A DNA stretch of 62,649 nucleotides, filler included, from Basidiobolus ranarum (taxonomy: Eukaryota): assembly GCA_040143965.1 (NCBI GenBank). It is 5 parts of 5 records of this genome, joined end to end, with 100 filler letters (N's around TTAATTAATTAA, not from the genome) between each part and the next. Parts side by side here need not be neighbours in the genome. Positions count along the whole stretch, not along the records: positions 50,236 to 62,649 come from JASJQH010000545.1; 4 more parts are not named here. One strand, given 5' to 3'. Below are positions 51,881-62,649 of the stretch, piece after piece; positions within the stretch are counted from its first letter, which is position 1; each line of letters starts with the position of its first letter. A program made the translations under genes and the position numbers. The notes under the pieces were generated by a model, which did no database searches, had not been told where the DNA came from, and was given only the letters and a program-made list of their open reading frames with translations.

Positions 51881-54128
51881 TTCCTCGATATTATTTCATT
51901 GTGCTTCACGTAATCTTACTTATTTTTTAATGCATACATGTGCACGTTTTAGGATGTACTCTATTAGCATCTTGCGTCATTGTTTTGTTCTATCCCTACT
52001 TCTCCACTGTTGTTCTATTCATCGTGCACCGGTGACTTTAACCATTTTCAATCCTAGCTACCATTAATTTCTTAAACTGTTAGTGGAGGGGTGGAGGAGA
52101 GAAGTGGCATTGATTGATCATTATTTATACAGACCTTCTTCGTCCTTTAATAACTCCTATACAATGTTGTGCAATTCATAGCATTCTATCTTTTCACTTC
52201 TTGAACTTACATTCCTCCATTAACTCACTTTTTGTCTTTCACTTCTTACTTTCTTAATAAACCAAGTTACCCCCTCTAATAGAACCTATTCAGCGAGCAT
52301 ATTCAGCGAACCTTCTTAATTATCCTAGAATTCTTAATTTTTAACTGGATATGGTTCGTCATCATTTAGCCGTGTTTGTATCACAATATATATTAGTATT
52401 CCAGTTAAATTTAGTCTGAAATTATTCAAAATATCGCACTTGATCCATGGTACTTTAGTTAAAGATTATTATGTCACTTTCTTTAGTAGCGCAAAGAACT
52501 TCCCAAAATCCTCAAGATTCTGTATCAGAAGCACTTTTAAAGATCGCACGTCGACATCAAAAACGAAGTACGCCAAATCTACACTTACTTTAAACAGAAA
52601 GAAGAGGAAAAAAGTATCAAGAAGTTCCTAATGGATTTATTTTATTTTTTAGTTTCACAAGTCAAGTCACGTCTAAACAGTGTGTGTACAAGATTAAATT
52701 GAAGAATTTTTATTTCCTTACTAAATATATCCTACGTTGAAAGGATGAAACAGTACTATCTTCTTGTCAACAGATATTACTCTCTTTATATTATACTACC
52801 ACTTTTTTGGAGAACAATAAAAACTTGAATAGGTAAGTAGTTTATTCCACAAAAACCACAGTGGAGGATATTCAACTTGGAGCATCTTTTGTAGAGTTGA
52901 CGAATTACCTGGAAGTGTGTTCCATTGGCTTATTACCGTATGTTGGGGTTGTGCTTCCAGCTCGTACAGTTGCTTGTCGGAAGGTTCAAAGTTAGCTTTT
53001 CAAGATGAATCAAGTTGGCTTGGGCTTACGGGAAGCCGTGGGGTAGCTCGTGGGAGTTTTTTCGATAGAACCTGGAGTAAAGGAAGGTATATGGAGGTGT
53101 ATATTTCGGATTTTACATGTCAATAACGCATTAACCTTTCTGGATATTCATGATAGATCTCACTTTGAAGGTAGCGCTTTCTTGAGTATATCTTGAACCG
53201 TTTATTTGGATATTAAGTTGGCTGCATTATTAGCACATTATATATTTCGATTAGCATTTGAGGAAATATTCAGTACCATGAGAAAGATGCTTAAATTCTC
53301 ATCCTCAGGTATGCATAATTAACGTTGGTTTATACAAGTGTATATATAAGGATGCTAATAATGATAATGGGGCAGGAGCTGATCGCTACAAAAAACAGCT
53401 CGAATCTCTTGCTGATACACTTGTAGGACTTGCGGCCGAAAGCGAGGCTTTGATTCAAAATTCAGGCTCAACTCGCTGACACGTGAATATTAGGATTCGT
53501 GTGAAGGTATACTTTACAAATCACGAGTTAGTCAGATATATTAAATTAGATACAATCTTCGAGGTCAGTCTATCTAAATAAACGACATATTGAGCTTGTG
53601 TGCAACAGTTCTTTTAGGTCACACCTTTCAGTAAGAGAAATCCATCGACTGTACCAGTGTACACTAGAAAGCTTTTTACTACAGAAGTTCTCACAATCTA
53701 TAAGTGTTACCTCCTTGATACCACCAATTACGGTATCGAATTGTCACTCTTACTTTCGACTAATGAGCCATTTGAACAAACACTAACACAAAGAAAGTCC
53801 ACGCGCATTATAAATCTCTGGTACACGAAGTAATCATCAACTCGTCTGCATTTGTAGTTTAGGTGGCATCAACCCCACGAGCTCTTGTTCTTGCTATATC
53901 TCTCTGATCAGGTGTTAAGCCTCAATTGTATTATACAACCCATCTATATAATCTATATACTGGTATCATTGTCATCCAGATGTTGGAATGAAATCAATTT
54001 GAATCATTTGGATTGGCTAATTCAGTCAGACTGCTGATTTAGCCTTGATTAATATCAAATTAGTCATTATATGCACACGAGACAAACCACACTCACTAGA
54101 TTCGTGATCCAAAGTTTAAATCGTTAAC

Positions 54129-54202
54129 CTTGAATGCTAAGGAGTCACTCGAACTATATGGAGAACTTGAATGCTAAGGAGTCACTCGAACTATATGGAG
54201 AA
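54129..54202. repeat. Perfect tandem duplication, 2 x 37 bp
   Basis: CTTGAATGCTAAGGAGTCACTCGAACTATATGGAGAA twice, about 415 bp upstream of the GPCR ATG. Confidence 0.9.
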
Positions 54203-54615
54203 AGTCAACATCAGCTACCAAAGAGAGGATGGGCGATATCATATATCAAGAACATATTGTTCATTATCACATATCTGCAAAACCTGTACTATAACTTTGC
54301 AAGCAATGAATGACCATTTCCTTTAAAGGTTATCCGTCTTTGCCATATCGGACCCCACTCAAATCTAAAGTTGGAAATTGGTCGAACAACTATTCAAATC
54401 TCACACAGATTAGCCGACCAACTAAAGTTATCCAAAGTATCTTGATCTGATCTCCATCGAGGCTTATTTAAGATATATACAAGGCTTTGGCAAACTATGG
54501 TATAAAACCGCCTTTACTCCCGTACATGTAGAAAGATTTGCTCGACAAATCCACGCAAGAAAAGCTTTTCTGAGCCGCTTCGACTATCACAACCTACCTC
54601 ATATTTCACATTGCT

Positions 54616-55893
54616 ATGTCTTCAGCCGATGTAATAAATGATGTCTCCCCTGAACAGATAGTGATCAAGTCGTTAGTATCTGAAATAATGAGTGTCCTAT
54701 CTTTGCTAGGAGCCTGCTTCATAGTTATCACAATCATATTCACGAGAATCTATAAGCCGCATATTGCCAACCGTGTGTCCATCTCGCTCACGCTCTGGAA
54801 AGCCTTTGCTGATCTGGCCTACAGTATTATTTACCTTATATCTCAGAAATCATCGATGAATCTGGCTACCTGTAAATTCGTTCTTTGGGGCTATGTAGAG
54901 TTCACGCTTCTCTCAATATTTCTGACTTGTACGATCGCTTTCAATATTCAAGCAATATTTGTAAGCGAACTCAGTCAAATATTTTTTATTCAGCGTTTCT
55001 ATCTCCCAGTGTCTTTAGTTGTTTCCTTAACAATCAGCCTAATCCCATTACTTGCTGATCAGTTTACCTATGATCCTTTAGTAGGTAACTGTTGGTATCG
55101 CGATCAATACACTACTCCAACAATGATCTGGGAAATGTGCACATATTATGGATGGATATTCCTCGGTATCGTATACTGCTCTATCGTCGTTATTTTAGTT
55201 ACCATTCGACTGATTAGAAACGAAAGACAGTTTCGACAAAACATCTCACCTACCACTACCAAGCTTCATCGAAATATTAACAAAATTGTCGGTCGTATTA
55301 TTCTGTATCCGATAATTCCTATTATCGCTCAAAGTTTCAACTTCATTACTGAAATAGTAACCTTCTACAGTCGTCGCCTTACGTTTTCTTTATACCTCCT
55401 TTCTGCAGTTGGCCCAGCAAGTATTGGCTTTTTGAATTTTTTGGTGTTCTTATTCGATCCGGCTTTTCAGAAACTAGTCAAGGAGCTTAGATATGGTGCT
55501 TCTTCCACTAGCAACCCCACGGACCATCATGATATGGATTTGAAATCCACTGAGATCTTCGGTTCTTCCTTCCATATTCATTCATTGTCTAAAGATGGGG
55601 GAAGTTTTGGCAATGGGAATAATGTCAAAATTCAGACCAATTCAACAGTAGATGCTATCAAGCTTCAAAATCTAACTAATGGTCACCGACGTCAAGACAC
55701 GACCGCTTCGGAATGTGACTCCACGCCGCTATCTCCTGCGAATCAAAACCCATTCTCTGGCCAGAATAGCTCCTTAGAATTAATACTCGATTCTTCTGAA
55801 AGTAGTGCAGTCATCACACATTCGAATAATAATCTCCCCTCTTATCAAGCACCCGAGGGCGGTTCGAGGTTCAATATAGTCAAGTATATGTAA
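54616..55893 (+). CDS. 7-TM G-protein-coupled receptor, cAMP-receptor/Git3-like class, intronless
   Basis: Seven hydrophobic helices; SLLGACFIV, ADL, C in TM3 and CWY in ECL2, RIILYPII, GFLNFLVFLFDP; Ser/Asn-rich cytoplasmic tail. Confidence 0.85.
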   Translation: MSSADVINDVSPEQIVIKSLVSEIMSVLSLLGACFIVITIIFTRIYKPHIANRVSISLTLWKAFADLAYSIIYLISQKSSMNLATCKFVLWGYVEFTLLSIFLTCTIAFNIQAIFVSELSQIFFIQRFYLPVSLVVSLTISLIPLLADQFTYDPLVGNCWYRDQYTTPTMIWEMCTYYGWIFLGIVYCSIVVILVTIRLIRNERQFRQNISPTTTKLHRNINKIVGRIILYPIIPIIAQSFNFITEIVTFYSRRLTFSLYLLSAVGPASIGFLNFLVFLFDPAFQKLVKELRYGASSTSNPTDHHDMDLKSTEIFGSSFHIHSLSKDGGSFGNGNNVKIQTNSTVDAIKLQNLTNGHRRQDTTASECDSTPLSPANQNPFSGQNSSLELILDSSESSAVITHSNNNLPSYQAPEGGSRFNIVKYM

Positions 55894-56779
55894 CTTAGTA
55901 CGTCATTACATAGACCTCATTAATAACCAGAATGAGATTACTCTAATACATTTTCATCCAGCAACGTAGAAGCGTGGTGTATATAAGTGTCTAGAATATA
56001 GCGCATTAATTCTAATATCAAAAGAAATAAACTTTATATACCTCTGTGACTGCTATTGTCATTATATATATGGCTCAAATTTAAAGCAGTAATACAATTA
56101 GCCCCTTATGACTCTTTCAGACAAGATGCTCCTCCAATTCTTACATATTTACACTGAGCATGTGCAAAGTGTGGTGTTAGCTATACCTCAGAGGTTAGGC
56201 TCACAAGACAACCAGCTCGACTCCAACACTTAATTATTTCTCCATTAGGGAATAATTATATATTTACATGAATCTAATGACTCTCCTATTATATTAACTT
56301 TGAAACTGGACTTCTAAAGGGAGCTGTTTACTGTTGCCTGAATCTGAGTTTCTGGAAGCGATGCATAATCTCATTATTTCCAAATTCAGTCTCTGTAGTA
56401 ATTGGTGAATTCTCAGGAATTTATGGTATATAGGGGAGGACCAGTACCGTACAAATAGAGTCTCTCTTGGGTCAGACCTCAGTACCTCAACAGCTTAAAG
56501 AGGATTTATCCGTCGCGTGATGATGGCATAAAATTCGGCACTTTTAAGAGAGTTGCTCTGTCACGTCTTGGATCTCCCTTTAAGCAGTGTTGAGGCAAGC
56601 AACTGAAACACGTCTCTTCCATTCCGGAATCGTCAATGAAAGCAACGTAGACCAATTGAGTATGTTGAATGACTGTTCCAACAGTTACCAATTAAATTAA
56701 AGAATCAAAAACAAAAAGTACATAAAGTGATGATTCCACCTCGGCTTCTCATCTTTTCACCTCCCTCTGAATTTTCAGT

Positions 56780-58147
56780 ATGGAATCTCCAAACTTTGCC
56801 AACACTTCACGTCACTTTATACATAAGGCTTGGAGGTTTGTTACAAGGATAAATATCACATTCTGGATCATACTATTTCTATTACTAGGAATTCTACTTG
56901 GTTCTCTCGCTCCAGACTTTTCTTCACATCTAACCCCCATCTCAAATATTTTCATATACATGGTGAAATGCCTGGTTGTTCCCCTTATATTTTCCACACT
57001 CACCGTAGGTATCGCCGGTCATGGAGCTGATCTTAAAAAGATTGGAGTGATGGCCATCAAAGCCTTTGTATACTTTGAAATTGCTACTACCATCGCCCTT
57101 GCCATTGGACTGATCGCGGTCAACATCATCAAGCCAGGTGTAGGAGTGAACCTCAATGCCTTCGGTACAGGAAATACCACGGATGTGGTCCAGAAGGAGA
57201 TCACTTGGGAGACAGAACTTTATGGGATTATACCTGAAAGTTTCTTCAAAGCAGCAGCAGATAATGTCATATTACAAATCGTATTTTGCAGTGTCATGTT
57301 TTCGGTGGCAATGATACGAGTTGATAATGTGAAATATACAGGACCAGTATTGGCATTTCTGGATGGATTATCCCATATCATGTTCAAGGTAACTGGACTG
57401 GTCATGAACTTTGCTCCGTTTGGAGTACTCGCTTCTATGGCAGTAACCGTTAGTAAATCGGGATTGGGGATTTTGATAAATCTTGGAAAACTGATTGGCA
57501 CCCTTTATGTAGCACTCTTCGTGTTCATGTTGGTTACATTCATTCCAATATTACTCTTATTAAAAGTACCAATTGGTGAATTTGCTCGGGCAGTGGCTCG
57601 TCCAGCATTAATCACCTTCAGTACATCTAGTTCGGAAGCAGCATTACCAATTGCCATGGAAAATATGGAAAAATTCGGTGTACCAAAGCAAATCGTCGCA
57701 TTTGTCGTTCCAACTGGATACTCATTCAATTTAGATGGGTCTACTTTGTATTTGGCTGTTGCTAGTGTTTTTGTTGCTCAAGCAGCTGGTCAGTCACTAG
57801 GTATAGGGGATCAATTGTTGATGATGTTGATCCTTATGTTGACCTCCAAAGGGGTCGCAGCCGTTCCCAGAGGTGCGATTGTGGTATTGGCTGCCGCTTT
57901 AAATAGCTTCAATCTTCCACAACAAGCTATCTCAGTAATCCTTGGTGTCGATCAATTGATGAATATGGCCCGAGCAGGGGTAAACGTCATTGGTAACTGT
58001 TTGTCTTGTGTCGTTGTTGCTAAATGGCAAGGGGAATTTCGTCAGTCTGGATGGGAGCTTGAGTTGGACCAAGAAGATTCACATGCTCTAAATCATGATA
58101 TTGAGAGTCAAGAAGTCAAACCAAATTATGTAGAAGTTTATCACTAA
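56780..58147 (+). CDS. Dicarboxylate/amino acid:cation symporter (DAACS), bacterial GltP/DctA-like, intronless
   Basis: VVPLIFSTL..GIA, YFEIATTIAL, FSTSSSEAALP, VVPTGYSFNLDGSTLY, LMLTSKGVAAVPR, ILGVDQLMNMAR..VNVIGN. Confidence 0.92.
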   Translation: MESPNFANTSRHFIHKAWRFVTRINITFWIILFLLLGILLGSLAPDFSSHLTPISNIFIYMVKCLVVPLIFSTLTVGIAGHGADLKKIGVMAIKAFVYFEIATTIALAIGLIAVNIIKPGVGVNLNAFGTGNTTDVVQKEITWETELYGIIPESFFKAAADNVILQIVFCSVMFSVAMIRVDNVKYTGPVLAFLDGLSHIMFKVTGLVMNFAPFGVLASMAVTVSKSGLGILINLGKLIGTLYVALFVFMLVTFIPILLLLKVPIGEFARAVARPALITFSTSSSEAALPIAMENMEKFGVPKQIVAFVVPTGYSFNLDGSTLYLAVASVFVAQAAGQSLGIGDQLLMMLILMLTSKGVAAVPRGAIVVLAAALNSFNLPQQAISVILGVDQLMNMARAGVNVIGNCLSCVVVAKWQGEFRQSGWELELDQEDSHALNHDIESQEVKPNYVEVYH

Positions 58148-59549
58148 ATTTTCATTGTAAATATTATGTAATCCATGAGTTATCGTGGATATGGTTGTTT
58201 CTCTATATCACTTGTTCATATCCGATTCTGTGGGTGGTCAGTTAGCACCTACTTTGATATCTCCACTAATAAATAATTTACATTTTGTAACGTTTGACTC
58301 TTCCTACATGTTATTGGAACCTATTCTTCGGTAACATTCCCATTCGTAGTAGTGCCTTGTTGCCTATCCTGTCTAATTTAAAAATTTTAAATGTATGCAC
58401 TTGACTGTATTTCCATTTCTGGTCATTCTATCCTGCTCTCACTGGTTGATAATTATGGGATAATCCTAATCCAATTTCATAACACTTCAGGTTCGTCAAA
58501 AAAAACCTCCATTCGAGTTCACGTAAGAATAGGGAATTTATTAAAATTGAAAATCAATCAAGAAGGATACGTAACCTGAGTTAGGTGAAACATTTAACCT
58601 TCCAATGACTATCAACATTACTGAAGATGATCAACTATTTCACACTTCTATAATTAGATCTTAAAAGATGTCTAATAAATCGGAAGTTCATTGGCGACAC
58701 GTAATCCAAGTGAACTCTCTCACTAATCCCATGAACACCCAATCTAGTAACAATAATACCAGAAAAAGGTATAAATGGACATTTTTACATGTGGATGAAC
58801 TAATTTGTGATGCGATCGCCGAACTGCGCTAGGCGAAGATATACAGAAATTCAGTTCATTAACTGTATCCGTAGTTAGAGTAGGACGGATGGTGATTACA
58901 CCAGTTTAGGTTGAAATGAAAAATGTCCCTACGTATCTTCGTTATCGTATCATGTAGCAGTATAATATTCGTTTATCTAAAAATCCACCAAATGGGGTTT
59001 TGGTATGTGGAGGTCAATTTCGATACCACTTTTCTTTCTTTCAGAGTGACCTTTCCTGGACTTGAGTTCTTCAAAGTTCTCAGTGATACAACCATTTCCC
59101 AATCATTTTACACCCTACTTGGCATTCTCATTCATTACTATGCTATCACGTTACCCTTGGGAAAAAGTTCTCCGATGACCGTAATTTCTACAATAAGAAA
59201 CCAAGAGCACAATGCGTAAAATCTACGCCAATGGTTAAACAGTTCTTGATCGTCATATGCCAAGTGAAATGCATGACGATAACACTTTTTACTACTCCAA
59301 TCGTCACGGATAATATCTTATCGAACCACTACCAGATAACCTGCTTTGTAAGAACGCTTTTAAGGGTGGGAATGAATGAATGGATTTCCTTATAGAATCG
59401 AATCATTGTGGATATGTTAAACCATTCATCATGAAGGTTGTACAGACCATCTCGGGAAAATACTCATGCGCCGGTAATATCCCAACTATAAAATCACCCT
59501 CATGGAGAAATCAAACAACAATTCTCTAGCTTTCTAATTCAACTTGTCA

Positions 59550-61028
59550 ATGAAGACTTCACTCTTACTAATAGCCCTGCTACCTTTGACTTGGGGTTAC
59601 AATTACCAGGCCATACCGGGCTTCAAAAAATCCTCGGATGTTCTAGAGAAATCATCTCAAGTACTTCTTACTCGAGATGTTACATCCACCAATAACCAAA
59701 CTCTTGGCGTGAAGCAACCAAAGATCTGCGATCCTAGTGTCAAACAGGTATATAATTAGAAAAATTAATTCCATTGAACAATCCATTTTTACTCACTCAT
59801 TTATGTAAAGTACGCTGGTTACCTTGATATTGCCGCTGATAAACATCTCTACTACTGGTTCTTTGAATCTCGGAACAAACCTGCGACTGATCCTGTAGTG
59901 CTTTGGTTAAATGGTGGACCTGGTTGTAGTTCCTTCACTGGGATTCTAATGGAATTAGGCCCTTGTAGAGTCAGGGCAGATGGCTCTGGAGTGGATCGCA
60001 ATCCCTATTCATGGAATAACAATGCGAATGTGATATTCTTAGATCAACCAACAAATGTAGGATTCTCTTGGGGTGCCAATGTTTCCACTACGGTACAAAG
60101 CGGCAAAGACGTGGATTCTTTCCTAAGATTATTCTTTAAAACTTACCCTCAATATGCCAATCATGATTTTCATATATTTGGTGAATCTTATGGTGGACAT
60201 TACATACCAGAAATCGCTAAAGATGTAGTGGAAAATAATTCTAATTCCACACAGAAAATTAACTTGAAAAGTGTGGGCATTGGCAATGGTTGGATCGATC
60301 CACGTCTTCAAGAGAAATATTACGCTCCTCAGGCTTGTAATGGTCCCTACGGAGCTGTCCTTAGCAAAGAAACTTGTAAAAAAATGTACGCTGCTGTCCC
60401 TCAATGCTACCAACTAGCCACTAAATGCTATCAAAAGCCTACCTTCAAGAATTGTGACGCGGCCACCACTTATTGCTCAAATCATATCGAAAATCTCTAC
60501 TATCAATCCGGTTTGAATCCTTATGATGTCCGTAAGAAATGTGATCCCAATAGTTCACTTTGTTACGATATCGAAGCAGGTATCGATATATGGTTGAATC
60601 GTCCGGAGATCAGAAGTGAGTTGGGTGTTGCCAAAGAAGTGGGTAAATTCGAATCATGTAGTAATGCGGTTGGTGATAACTTCTCTAAAACTCCCGATAA
60701 TATGTTAAATTTCGCCGATCGGTTACCTGTACTACTCAAAGCTGGAATTCGTGTATTGTTATACGCTGGTGATGCTGATTTTATCTGTAATTGGATGGGT
60801 AACAAGGCAGTAGCATTGGGTATTCAATGGTCTGGTACACAGAATTTCAATGGCGCTAATGACACTCTTTGGAGAGTTAACGGAACTGATGCTGGTGAAG
60901 TTAGAACCTACGATAAGTTGACTTTTGCTCGTGTCTTCAAGGCTGGTCATATGGTTCCTTTTGATCAACCAGAGGCTGCTTTAAATCTACTCAACACCTG
61001 GGTCACTGGTGAAACTTTTGCTCAGTAG
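59550..61028 (+). CDS. Secreted serine carboxypeptidase, family S10 (carboxypeptidase Y-like), 2 exons
   Basis: Signal peptide; ICDPSVKQ|YAGYLD, WFFESR..P..DP..LWLNGGPGCSS, GESYGGHY, YAGDADFICNW, AGHMVPFDQP; intron 59748-59810. Confidence 0.95.
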
Positions 61029-61263
61029 CTTTCTAATCAGAAAATAGTTTTGATACACACTTGCAAATGTCCTCAAATAATTCGCATTTCAATTCAATAA
61101 AATACACTAACCATATTAATACAGAAGATCTTAATGAAAGCTATTAAGGAAGAGTAGTTTCCTGATTTATGATAAACAATTAGATACGTGAAGGAATGCT
61201 GTAAACTATATCCTTGATTGCCATAATTTAGTTGGACTGGTTTGGTTGAGCAACCCACGTGAC

Positions 61264-61703
61264 TTAGTTAAAATTGATTCCAAACATATGAACCAAGAAA
61301 ACGATCATAGTAGCCATTAATACTCCTTTACTAACAGAGAGGTAAACGCTATCGTTTTTTGTGGAAGTAGGTGAGCCTCTTGGAGTACGAGTAGTTGCAG
61401 ATGGTTGACCGCCAGGAGATACAGGACTGATGGTATGAGAGGAGGTTTTCCCTGAATAGGTACTGCCCATTGACACGTGGTGGATATTCCGATGGTGGGC
61501 TGGTTTTTGCTTTGTTCAACAGCAGTGGTTGCTGTTATGGATGTTGATGATACACTAGCACTCTGAGTACTATTGATGGAAGATACCGATCTAGTTTCTG
61601 AGGTGCTTTGATTCACTGTTTGTGCAAGCACAAGAGATATTATAAAGATAATTAGAAAGACAATGGCGATGAATCCGTTGGTTCGAATACTATTATTGCT
61701 CAT
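61264..61703 (-). pseudogene. Ser/Thr-rich GPI-type surface protein with a 1-nt frameshift (pseudogene or assembly error)
   Basis: ORF 61317..61703 gives the signal peptide and S/T stalk; overlapping frame 61264..61476 gives the S/T/P stalk and hydrophobic GPI-like tail. Switch near 61478; no plausible intron. Confidence 0.6.
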
Positions 61704-62109
61704 ATCAAATCCACTTTTCTTTTACTGCTTTCCAGTTGGTAGGCGGTAGGGTTAGGTGCAGAGCACATAGACTGCTTAAATACAATGTAGATGATTGGTG
61801 AAACTATGGCTGTAGCATCAACAGAGTAACCAATAATTTGTGTAGTAGCCTACTTCAGTCACGACAAAAGATATTACACTTCCCAATCAACTGTTCCTGC
61901 TACTCTGATGATTTTAAGATTGAATAGTTAGGTTCAATCGATGTGGATAGTTCGATACACTTCAGCATTCTAAACGATTCACTAGATTTTATCTAGAGAA
62001 CAATGGAACGAGTTACTAGCCCACATGAGTCAAAGTGAATATGATCCGATCAGGTTTATTTGAGATTGAGATGAGTGTAGTAGAAATTGACATAATTTGA
62101 TGGTAGCAT

Positions 62110-62142
62110 GCTATTCACTAAATAACGCTATTCACTAAATAA
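62110..62142. repeat. Tandem duplication, 2 x 17 bp
   Basis: GCTATTCACTAAATAAC followed by GCTATTCACTAAATAA. Confidence 0.8.
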
Positions 62143-62171
62143 AACAAATGCAATGATTATTCTGGTGACTT

Positions 62172-62239
62172 GGAATATCATAGTTGACAAGTACCTATAG
62201 CCAACGGAATATCATAGTTGACAAGTACCTATAGCCAAC
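62172..62239. repeat. Perfect tandem duplication, 2 x 34 bp, copying the last codons and stop of the adjacent gene
   Basis: GGAATATCATAGTTGACAAGTACCTATAGCCAAC twice. Confidence 0.9.
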
Positions 62240-62649
62240 ATCAGTGAGATCAATAAACCAATTCCAATTTGTACATGACTCGCTTTACTGGGAAAAGCGG
62301 TTGGTGCTGGATTGTTGGTCACCGCGGTACCCACTGAGGGCAAAAGACCGACACTAGCACTGGATCCGGCACTAGGAGTGGGACCTGTACTACCTGATAG
62401 CGAGTGCGAGGTGGCTGCTGAAGATGGAAGTGCTATTGGTACACCTGGTGGAACTGAGTTGATCATGGTGGCACTGGCATCGGCACGGGTCGAGGCTCTT
62501 GAGCCAATACCTCTTGAACCTGGTACTCCAGTAGCAATGCTCGCTCCTCCTCCTGATTGACTCCTACTCGCATTCACAGGAGACTGTGGTTTACCAGAGG
62601 GTGGTGATGGCTCCCTCAATTCACTTGTAACTGAGCGAGGAGATCCCTT
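62212..62649 (-). CDS. C-terminal part of a Ser/Pro/Gly/Ala-rich, probably GPI-anchored protein (5' end outside window)
   Basis: Low-complexity stalk followed by SKASHVQIGIGLLISLMLAIGTCQL* hydrophobic tail. Confidence 0.75.
   Translation of the reverse strand, partial: KGSPRSVTSELREPSPPSGKPQSPVNASRSQSGGGASIATGVPGSRGIGSRASTRADASATMINSVPPGVPIALPSSAATSHSLSGSTGPTPSAGSSASVGLLPSVGTAVTNNPAPTAFPSKASHVQIGIGLLISLMLAIGTCQL

Noticed and set aside
54129-54202. 37-bp repeat as a possible CRISPR repeat
   Set aside because: Only two adjacent copies with no spacer, in a eukaryotic context without cas genes.
56812-57729. Antisense ORFs over the DAACS gene (and similar ones over the carboxypeptidase, DAHP synthase and MRE11)
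   Set aside because: Shadow ORFs from codon bias on the opposite strand; no independent motifs.

Overview
Eukaryotic, intron-rich, AT-rich genomic DNA from an early-diverging fungus; gene content and intron style suggest Zoopagomycota/Mucoromycota, e.g. Basidiobolus-like (inference). The window is not contiguous. It is five contigs of 12474, 12466, 12452, 12443 and 12414 bp, joined by identical 100-nt N spacers containing TTAATTAATTAA, so adjacency across spacers means nothing. Housekeeping genes: MET3 (5' end), WDR26/GID7, Rab1/YPT1, SEC59, a mitochondrial carrier, DAHP synthase, cyclophilin A (5' end), CDC23, MRE11, BOS1, AIP1/WDR1 and G-protein beta. Accessory genes: an HSL-family esterase, a homeobox TF, a GPCR, an S10 carboxypeptidase, several secreted or GPI-type proteins, and two bacterial-type genes (CBM9-like protein, GltP/DctA-type symporter). 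The most notable signals are mostly not visible in the ORF track: (1) a decayed family-B DNA polymerase fragment resembling large-DNA-virus PolB beside a Ty1/copia remnant; (2) an AT-AC U12-type intron in AIP1; (3) a secreted precursor with an acidic propiece and an Arg/Tyr/Gly-rich cationic tail, plus an adjacent decayed paralog; (4) a copia remnant with a half-tRNA-iMet primer site and only about 300 bp between LTRs.
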